From the NCBI GenBank assembly GCA_010909165.1, contig VJWM01000186.1, positions 377,050 through 441,049 on the forward strand: a stretch of DNA of 64,000 nt, read 5' to 3'. Both the position numbers and the translations under genes were made by a program. Position 1 is the stretch's first letter; each line of letters starts with the position of its first letter. The notes under the pieces are model-generated. The model did not search any database. It saw nothing but the letters and a program-made list of their open reading frames with translations, and was not told where the DNA came from. This document shows positions 51,187-60,607 of the stretch, one piece after another. The DNA comes from Anthoceros angustus (taxonomy: Eukaryota > Plantae > Anthocerotophyta).

Positions 51187-51191
51187 CTAGC

Positions 51192-52600
51192 GAATTACTC
51201 GGGGAAGGAGGAGGTGGACCTAGACACGAGGAAAGGGGCAGAGGCATTCGAGGAGATCTGAGACCACCACGATAAGCGCTCCAAGATTAAAGGGTCGGGG
51301 ATTTGGAGTAAGCGGTTCCATGTGTATGTAGATGTGTCGCCCGCCATCGGAGTAGTGCTTTCGGCCAAAAGGCGACAGCGGAGGATCATCCAATCTACTA
51401 TGCCGAAAGATAGCTCACGCATGCGGGCAGGTACACTACTACGGGCGAGAGGCGTTGGGAATGGTATATCGGTCAAGAAATTGGGCACTATGCCCAGCAG
51501 GTTTGTGTTCTATGTCGATCACTTCGCTCAAGCATCCGGTGAATAAAGCGGGCACAGTCGGCGGTGCGAGGTGGATTCTGCTGCTCCGGAGTTCACCTTT
51601 GAGGTGGAGGCGAGGCAAGGAGGCAACACCAAAATCGACTTCTTGTCGAGTTGAAGACCTCCCTGCGGATCAGGAGGATGACTTCCCGGACGAGGAATTG
51701 GTGGCCACAGTGGAGACACAGGAGGAGGAGCGCAGTCTGAGGAACCCCAAACTTGTGGATAGCGTAACCGTAGCAGAAGCGGAGAAGGGGAGCGGACGTA
51801 GAGGATGGCCCACCTATCCGGAGTTGGAACGGTACCTGTGGGAGATGGAGATTCCAAGCGGGTTAAAGCGTGCCTAGCAATAGGCCTTTGTACACTACGC
51901 TCAGCCCTTCAGGATGTACAATGGATGTATCTTCAAGGTGGGACTGGACAGCGTGGAGCGTAGGTACCTTCAACAGGCGGAAACGGAGGTAGTCATAAAA
52001 GGGTTGCATGAAGGTTTGGGTGGTGGACATTATGCAGCACAGGTCACCACCAAGAAAATCTTGGAGGCGGATCTTTGGTGGCCCACCATGTATGGAAAGC
52101 CGCCGGTTGTGAAGAGATGTGATGCTTGTCGTGGATCAGGCCACGATGCAATGGCCGCTGGTGCCCAAACTCGCACTGGCACCTTTTGAGAAATGGGGTA
52201 TCGACTTCATCGGACCTATCTGACCTACTGACGAAGCACACGGAGGTACATCCACGGTGGCAGCGGACTCACATGCCGGTGGGTGCGGCGGCGGCAACAA
52301 GGGCGAACTGCAAGCACGGTGGCAAAGTTCCTCTATGAGAACATCATCCGCGCAGTACGGGTGCCGTTGCTGATTAGTGGCGATAGAACTCATTTCCTCA
52401 ATGATGTGATAAGCGCAATGACGAACTATTCGGTATAACTCATGTGCAAAGGCAACTTGGCGAAGGCCAATGGGTTACGAGAAGACCAGCGGACTTATCA
52501 TCGCATCTTGAATAAACTACGGTTAACTATCTTGATTTGGGATACCAGCTACCATCGCTATGGGCTTTACGGGCGGAGGAAGGTAACTCATAGCGAACTC
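51192..52600 (+). pseudogene. Gypsy-A RNase H and integrase (continuation after Copia-2)
   Basis: FHVYVDVS, RFVFYVDHFA, VARWILLL, LHEGLGGGHYAAQVTTKKILEADLWWPTMY..CDAC, LISGDRTHFLNDV. Confidence 0.9.
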
Positions 52601-53094
52601 CGTGTTACTTGAAGAAGGCAAGTGGGGCGACAATGGACTAGCAAACTCCTAGTCCCAGCTGTAAGAGTGGGGTATTAGCCTTCTTTACCACAACATTGGC
52701 GTGTGGTGCCCTCCTTGTGAGGAATTCCACGCTTACTTTTTCTGACACTCTTTTCCCAATGTCCTGTGACTTGCACTAGTTGCGGTGCACCTTTTTAGTC
52801 TTCTTCCGGATGAGGATCCGGCTTTGAGCTACCTCCCTAGGAAGGATTTCCACCACCTCCTTTGGAGAAGGATTTCTTGCCTCCTCGCCCTTGATTTGAG
52901 GTGTCTGAGGGCTGTTGTTTCCCTGCTTTCTTGTGATTAGTTACGCTTGCCTCTTCTTGCACATGGAACTCACAAGTTGTGAGAATGACATCTCGGGCAT
53001 CTCATGCCTTGCTTTAGCCAGCAGTAGCGTATACGTATTTATGTGGGAGGTCACGAAGTGTGACCAAGACTCGGGAAGCGAAAGAAGGAGCCTC

Positions 53095-54719
53095 CACTAC
53101 TAGGAAACGGGCCCTTTTACTACGGACATTACTACGGATTTTACTATGACTTTACTAAGGTTGTAGTAAAACACTGCGTAGTAAGCGCCTTTATGTGTGT
53201 GTGTAGTAAAGGCTTCACGCCATATCTGTGTATTCATATACGGTATGGGCACATGTATAGTGTACCTAAACCCGATCAGTACTCAGTTGCTACAACATCT
53301 TCTACTACATTCTTTGTACAAAGCTTTCACGGTGCTCATGATTTAAATACTAGGGTTCCTCCAACCATGGTTAGTTTATCAGTCTTGTGTTAGAAGTTGG
53401 CTAACCAAGGTTCGATTCATACTATATAACCTTAGTTAGATAGGTTAACTAACCCTCTTGGCGTTGTAAACTCTTTACAACATTATATCAATGTACATCT
53501 CCGTTGTAAAGGTCACTTCCGTTGTAATGTGCACCTCCGTTGTAAAGTTCAATTCCGTTGCAAATAGTAGGCCCATTTAGTCTGTTGTAAAGTACTGGCT
53601 TGTAGTAAAGTTTTATTTCGTTGTAAAGTTTAGTTCCGTAGTAAAACAAAACACTATAGTCCAGGGGCCCGTAGTAATGTCATTTGGTTTAGTTTGAACT
53701 TGAAACTCTACAAATGCAATACAGGCAGCCTATTCACTTTCTACCCATAGACCTAACAAAGCAAATTTCTCCAGTCCACCCTCGGGTCTAAAGCATGCTG
53801 GTTCACAAGTTAGCCAACTACGCAAAATAGAAAGTGTCCCCAATTAAGCGTCACACAATTTCCACCTTAATCGAGCACTAATAAACCCTAAAGCGAACAA
53901 GGATAAGTGCAGGTGTAAACTCTCACCGTGGATTAGCTGGATTTCTTTGCTTTCTTTGCTTTGCCGAGGAAGCAATGCTCACCATGAAGCCTTCATCCAA
54001 AACATTCTTCTGAAGAATTGCCTCCATGACTTTTTCATCACACTCTTCACTCTCATACCCTGCTTCATGTAAAAGATTCCACACATTCACAGCCTTGTCC
54101 AGCTTCCCTACTACATCCTTCTGAGTCCCCAATGGAGGACTTGCAGTTTGGCTAGCCTTCCAATATGCATGTTTTCAATATGAAATGGCGACATCTAAAC
54201 CTAACCCCATTGGATATGCCTGTAAATATATCATGGTCAGATTGTTAAGTCTCACGAATCGTTGTAAAGTCGTTGTCCTTATGAACTACGGTGTTGTAAA
54301 CCGTGGGCTCGCATTGTAAACCCGTTCTTATTGTAATGTCCATATGAAGTCGTTGTTAAACCTGCCATTGTAAACCAGCACGTGTCGTAGTAAACCCGGG
54401 TCCGTTGTAATGTGACCAAATGAGTTGTAATGGGTATCATTGTAAAACCACCAACCGGTGTATTGTCATATCGTTAATACACCCCTATTCTGATTATTAG
54501 TAACACTTGCCATGCCCGTAGCCATGGTGTGTGCCACATCATCGAAACCCGCTGCAAAATACGGTTGTGGTAAAATCACGAGGTCATGTTGTAAAGGCAT
54601 GGGCTATACTATAAAATAGTCCGTGGTCCCTAAACATCTGTAGTAAAACGAATGGACCCCAGACTCTCTCTTCTCTCTACAAATCTGCCAGTAGTAAAAG
54701 GGCCCGTTTCCTAGTAGTG
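53095..54719. mobile_element. Non-autonomous CACTA (En/Spm) DNA transposon, 1625 bp
   Basis: Perfect 29-bp TIRs CACTACTAGGAAACGGGCCCTTTTACTAC, a 3-bp TSD CTC (53092-53094 and 54720-54722), subterminal TTGTAA/GTAGTAA repeats and no transposase. Confidence 0.95.
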
Positions 54720-55248
54720 CTCATCACCATCTCATCATCCTTGATGGCAACTTTAGAGGCACCCTGAAGCCGGGAGGCTAGGGTCCTAAAGGTACTCACG
54801 TGCTTCTCCACTGAGTCCCCATCCTTCATTCTCAAGTTCTAGAAATTTCTTAAAGTCATGACCGACCATGTTCGCTGCGTAGAGTTCCTTTAGACGATTC
54901 ATGATTTTTGAAGTTTCCACCCCATTCGCCTCAACATTTTGTTGTCGGCCACTGCGAATGAGGTACTTGGCTCCGCTATCCTTAGCTAACCATTCTTCTT
55001 CTCCCAAGATCCTCGTCTGGTTTCACTACCTTTCCGGTTGCATGTTTGAGCCCCTCATTTCGAGGACGCCCTCCATCCGGATCGCCATATGTCAAAGTCA
55101 TTGCCATTGAACCGATCCTTCTCCTTGAAGGATTCATTACCTCCATAGTTTGGAGTTGAGGTGCGTCGCCATATTTATGGCTTGTTGTTCGACCTCGTGT
55201 TCAAATTCAGTGTATTGAATATATCCCCAAAACCGTGATCGGACACGC

Positions 55249-55900
55249 TCATAACGCTTGTTGATTGCGTTGCGGTTTTGATCCCGATCCTCCTCGTAGG
55301 GCAATTTTGGAGCTCCTCATCTCGAACCTATTGTAGGCATACGTGGAGCAAGATGGACACGAGTTAAGTGAGCTAAAGCTTCGCTCACGATTTGTCTTAC
55401 TTGCGTGTTTAGTGTTTCTTGGATTTTTGAGCATCTCGGGCTTCAACCAACACTTGTAGTCCAAGTGTGCAACTTGCTCCTTCGGATCCGTAAGTCAACG
55501 CTTGCTAGACAAGTGTCCATTAATTTGTGTGCGTCGTCCACTATCCTATTATTTGCTTGATGCGATTAATTATTGTCGACACTCGTGTTTGTGGCGCTTG
55601 AGTTGTGATGAAACCACGGGGCTGCTTTCCATCAAAAGCTCTTTGTACACGCACTTGCAAATTTAGTGGATTTCTTGGAGGAAGAGTAAACAGATTACGC
55701 TCTTGAGGATAGAGAAATTCCACAATAGTATTAAATGCGTCTCGGATCAGCAATTTGCATAGGTCTATTTTGGTTTTGTTGGCTCCATTGTAGGATGCGA
55801 ATGTAAGCGAAGCAATTGTGTGCCAATTCTTGACCTATTTTGCCTAGGATGATTACGAGTAGCGGTGTTGCGACCGCTGGTGCGCATCTAAATTGGCCAT
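55249..55900 (-). pseudogene. Homolog of the Copia-2 upstream ORF in Copia-3 (frameshifted)
   Basis: MANL..., LIRDAFNTIVEFLYPQERNLFTLPPRNP, VRVQRAFDGKQPRGFITT, LASVDLR, HLDYK..LKPEMLKN..HASK. Confidence 0.8.
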
Positions 55901-56353
55901 GTGCGAAGGATTTGTGTTTTATAAGTGCGAAATTGCATCTTATATTTCTTTTGTATTTTCTATATATAATTTTGCCCATTGGGCATTTGTTCTAGTGTAT
56001 GTTCATTGCAATTGCTCAAGGAGCAATTCAATGAATGCACGCTAGAATGGCTACCTAATGCAGCAAGAATTTGTATAGATTTTTAAAGAAAACAACACAA
56101 AATTCATTTCTTGATGTTTCTTTAAAAGTTCCTTTTCAAGAACATGTTATTATTCAAAACAATAATAAAACATCTTTCGCACATCTTCTAATGCAGAAAA
56201 TTTGTGTGTGCATACTAGATGCATCTCCATCTATCCTGCTCGATACCATGAAGATTTTATGTGAATTGAATTAATAAAACACAATTACATTCATTGTTGA
56301 TTGAATTGAAAGATCAAATAAAGAGTAACACTTGCTTAAAACAACCTAATTAA

Positions 56354-56360
56354 GATACCA
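56354..56360 (-). promoter_or_regulatory. Copia-3 PBS core
   Basis: TGGTATC lies 2 nt after the putative LTR end. Confidence 0.55.
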
Positions 56361-56362
56361 AG

Positions 56363-56498
56363 TGTTACGTCTACTCGTAAGAGTCACAACAACCTAGCGA
56401 AGGGTACTAGGTGACTAGACCTGGTTACACATCGGATAAGTTAACTAAACTAAGGTAACCTAACATGAGTCAACACATAAACAATAATTATTCCTTCA
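56363..56498 (-). repeat. Putative Copia-3 5' LTR
   Basis: TG...CA-bounded segment between the PBS and element D'. No second copy is available to confirm it. Confidence 0.5.
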
Positions 56499-59400
56499 GG
56501 GAGCATGCCGGGAATTTTCTGAATTCTTTGAAGCTGGAGTTGGAGGATACTGTTAAAGAAGCATAGAGGATATCCCAGGGAAAAGAAATGGGTCAAAAGG
56601 CAGGCAGACAGGCGTTCGAGAGGGGGTGAGACTGGCATGGTAGTGCTACACCATTATGAGGAGCGGAAGGGCAGACTACCGTGGTAGGCTGACGAGATCT
56701 CGGCCAGAAAAGGAAATTAGAATAGGGGGGATATCCACTATATATGCTCACCAATAGGGGAATAGATGAATAGGATTAATTAGAAGGTAATTAATTCGCG
56801 GTTATACATAGGATAGGGACAGAATTAGGAATTTAGGAATGGGAGACCCAATCTAGGGTTGAGCCTCCAGGTGGCAGACATCTAAGGAGGCCAAAGTGCG
56901 GTTTTGGCAGCGCCTCCTTCACTTCGCGACGGACTGAAGTTGGGGCGTAAGAAGAAGGAGAAGAAGGTGAAGGAAAAGTGTGGTGCTATCGCCATATTGT
57001 CGCCGCCACTGCGAGCGAGGAAGGCGTGGCATGAGGAGGAAAGAGAGAGAGCCCTAGCTGAGCGCGGCGGAACGGAGGAGTGAAGGCCCACGCCAAGAAT
57101 GGCTGGAAGACGGACAACATCAAGGAGCTGAAGTGGCGGCTCTTTGCTAAGATTATGTTGGGGTTGGTGAATTACCAGCGGACTTCTTATTTCGGCACCA
57201 ACTTCCTTCAATTTTTGTGGAAGATTTTTGTGGAGGAGCCAAGCCGGATTGGGGCACCATAATGTATGAAAACTACATACACCGAGAGAAGCTCCTTAAG
57301 CGTTGATTGGATGAAGAAGGCCAAAAGGCCATGCTACCTCGGCCACCTATTTGGTGCATTTGTGGGAAGCGGAGGACTCACTCGCGACCTTGAGGCTGGA
57401 GGATACTTGGCATCCCGGAGATAATCCACCTTGACCAAGCTTAGCGACCTTTGCCTTTTGCTGCGGGGAAGACCGTGGGAGGCCCAGGACCTCCTGAGCA
57501 CACAGGACCAAGGCGGAAAGTAGAGCATAGTGCGGAATGGGAGGCCTTTCCCCACAAGAGCAAGGGAAGGAGAGGGCAAGGTCCGGCCGAGGAGGCGGAT
57601 GGTAGTCTATGAGAGGAGGACTACCACGGGAGGGTGAACGAGCCCAAGGGTGGGAGGAGTCCCCACCATTTCGTGGGTGCCTGGGAAGAGGCACCCCGCC
57701 CCCGGTGAGGAGGCGGCCTACCGGTGGGTAGGCAACTACCGTGGTGGCGATCGACCACCATGGTAGGTAGCGAACTACCGCGGTGGGGGATCAGCCTACG
57801 CGGTGGCGGGCACCCCTCGCGGTGAGGTAGCGACCTATGGCTAGGAAGAGAGGAAGGAGGCGGTACGAGGAGCACCTGGCGGCGCCGCCTTCACCACCCG
57901 TGCTAGGAAGAGCGGATGGGGCGGCTGTGAGGGACCGCCCGGCGTGGCCCTAAGTCTGAGGGATGGAATTTCCAAAGAAGAGGCCAGGGGCGGGTGGGCC
58001 CTAGGGGACTTGCAGTGCTTGTGAAGCACTCGACCATGTAGATTTTGAAGGGGCTAGAGAACTAGCAGCCTCCTTGTGGGCATGCCAAGAGGAGATCCGG
58101 GCAAATAAGGCCCAAGAGATGACTGAGAGGAGGGCAGGGACCAAATGGCAATTGGAGGCCATGGAGTCCGACGAGAAGGTAGCCAAGTTGGAAAAGGCTG
58201 TGGAGAAGCTCCAGCACGATCTTATGGACCAACGGCGCGCGGAAAAGGTCTTGGAGGGAAGGTTGGCTCAAACGGAGGAGAGAGCTGTCCGGGCAACCAC
58301 CCAAAAAGACTCATGGAGATAGAAGGCGGAAGAGCATTTGGCCCAATTAGAGCAAGAGCGGAAGGGCAAAACAGAGGCCCTAGGAAGGGAGAAGGTGGCG
58401 GTCCAGCAAATGGACGCGCGGGAGCAGGTGATGGCTACCCAAGCCATCAAAATCCAGGACATGGAGGAAGAATTGAGACGAACCCGGTACAGTATGGAGG
58501 AGAAGCGCGCGGAACTGGAAGTTCAAGACCAGCAATTGCAAGAGGCCGGGCGAAGAGTGTGCAAGCGGAGAGGAAGGCTTGCTCTCAACTAGCCTGAGAT
58601 TTAGAAAGAGGTCAGGAGGAGTACCACAAGAAAGTGGTACATAGGATGCTGGTGGTAAGGAAGAGGAGATTTTGGGCAGATTATGCCCTTCAGGCAAAGA
58701 TGGCCAACCAACTGAGAGAAGTAAGGGAGGAGAACGTGACCCGCCATGTGAAGGTGGGGGAATTGACCACCGCGAGAGATGCCTACAAGGGTAGGTGTGA
58801 GGACGGAGAGTGGCCCACGGAGATTGATGATCTCCAAATGCAGTATCATAGCTTGAGGGCTCATCTCCACAACAGGATTTTGAAGGCCAACAATGAAGTG
58901 TTGTGTTTGGCCAAGAGGAGGACATTAGGTCCTCATGATGATGACAGGAAGGAGCTGCAGCAAGTGCAGCCAGAGGCCTCCGACTTTGATGAGGCCATGA
59001 GCGACATGGACTCCGAGGAGACAGGAGACGGAGGAGCGGTCGCGTATGAGGTGGTAGAATGGCGCAAAAAGGAGGGGGGCCCTCACGGTCACCCTGCAGT
59101 TGGACTACGTGGTGGCGAGGCAGGTAGGGCACCTCGCCGTGATGCAGACTACCAGGGGTGGGAGGCGTGTACCCATGAGGCGGGAGTCCTGGGAGTCAGA
59201 CCTGAGGCCCGGCTGTGAATGAAGGGAGGGGTCCGGTGGCATAGCCCCTGGAGAAGGAGGCGAGGCGGTAGGAGAAACAGCCCCACCGGAGGAGAGCAGG
59301 GGCGGAGTCCGACCCGCCGAGGAAGGGAGGGGTGAAAAGCTCCCTCACCCCACGAGCAAGAGAGGAGCCCGGGCCAGGAGAGGAGATTAACGCAAAAAGG

Positions 59401-60000
59401 GCCCGAAGAAGTTAGTGGAAACATCGGCCAACAATTGGGGGAGGAAGACTCTTTGAGAATGCTCCAAGCTAGGTATGGACAAACCAAACAGGAGGGAAAG
59501 GAGCAAGGAGGATTCCAACCCAAGAAACATCACCGATGGAGAGGAAGAAGAAGAAGGAGAGAGGAATCAGACTACCATGGTAGGTAGTTAGACTACCCGG
59601 TAGTGGATCGGCGTAGGGTCTTGATGGAATGATACGACCAAAGGGTAATTTGAAGAAAAGGGGCGCCTAAGTGCGGAGGGGCGCGATTGGAGGATGAGGC
59701 GGGGCGGCGCCATTCCAAGAGCGGGAAGAGTGATTGGTGCCCCACACATTAGGAAGACGGCGAAATTTGGGAAGGGGGAGCAAAAGAGGGCGAGAGCCAA
59801 TCCCAGAGACGCGTACGCCACCCCAGTAGGATGCAGACTGAATTGGTCAAAGACCATAAATGAACTTGGAGAGAATAGGAAGGATAGGTGAGAAAGACTG
59901 ACATCCTTTGAGGATAACATGATATCTTTCGAAGGGGGTGAATATTCACGAAGAGAGTTTTGTGACATATATCTCCTGAAGGGGGTTTCACATGGGTATT
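56499..60000 (+). mobile_element. Element D': second copy of the D segment (leader, accessory ORF, PPT-like GAAGGGGG at ~59931)
   Basis: Homologous to 13456-18088. The ORF N-terminus is deleted near 57070. Confidence 0.6.
57080..59218 (+). pseudogene. D' accessory ORF (globular domain C-half, linker, long coiled coil), disrupted
   Basis: GWKTDNIKELKWRLFAKIMLGLVNYQRTSYFGTNFLQFLWKIF, MESDEKVAKLEKAVEKLQHDL, and the 58634-59218 coiled coil with an acidic tail. Confidence 0.65.
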
Positions 60001-60607
60001 GAACTAGTGGTTTTTGGGGTATGGGTCAATTTAAGGCAGAAAAGAAGGGTGACAATTGGTATGAACACGATCTTGGGTATTGAACTCGTGATTTAAGGTC
60101 CATTTCATGCCCGCGAAGGGTTATGGTGTAAAAGTTAACCTCATTTGGGGCACATTTAAGACCCATGACAAGGGCCATTGCTGCCGTAATCGCCGCCTTT
60201 CTGCTCAACATCACTAAAACCCAAAAAGAACGGATCGGTTGGATGATGACAGGCCGACGGCGGAGCCGGTGAGGAGGGGCGGCCGGTCGCCGGCGTCCTT
60301 TTCCTGGCATTGCGATGATGCCTTGCGAATGGCGGAGAGTAGCAGGCCTTTAGTGGGATTTGTTTACAAATAGAATTTAGGATTGGGGTGGGGGGATGGC
60401 TTCCGCACAGTCTCAATTGTGCCCGCAAATATAATCACATGCTTCAGTCCCCCAGACTGCAATCGATGAACTTAAAAAAGTGTGCGGCAACTAGTTCCCG
60501 CCGACATATCGCACAAAGAAACATGCCCGCACGGTGTAAACGATTTAGACTCGGAAACCCCCTGTTGAAATGTGCTTGAAGTGGTTTTTTTTGTTTTTTG
60601 AGTCAAG

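Larger units (their letters stand above)
21588..52635 (+). mobile_element. Gypsy-A: Athila-like Ty3/Gypsy element, interrupted by Copia-2 and lacking its 3' LTR
   Basis: LTR and PBS are followed by gag, PR and RT up to 29497, then RH-IN resumes at 51192 directly after Copia-2. Confidence 0.85.
52635..56498 (-). mobile_element. Copia-3: 3'-truncated Ty1/Copia (5' LTR, PBS, upstream ORF, gag), split by a CACTA insertion
   Basis: A putative LTR at 56363-56498 (TG...CA) and TGGTATC PBS core at 56354-56360. The degenerate gag from 55172 (KEKDRFNG..IWRIRMEGVL, WLAKDSGAKYLIRSG) is homologous to Copia-2 gag and continues at 53094-52640. Confidence 0.82.

Noticed and set aside
59931-60607. 3' LTR of element D' starting after GAAGGGGGTGAA
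   Set aside because: A PPT-like tract is present, but there is no second copy or clear TG...CA terminus to define an LTR.
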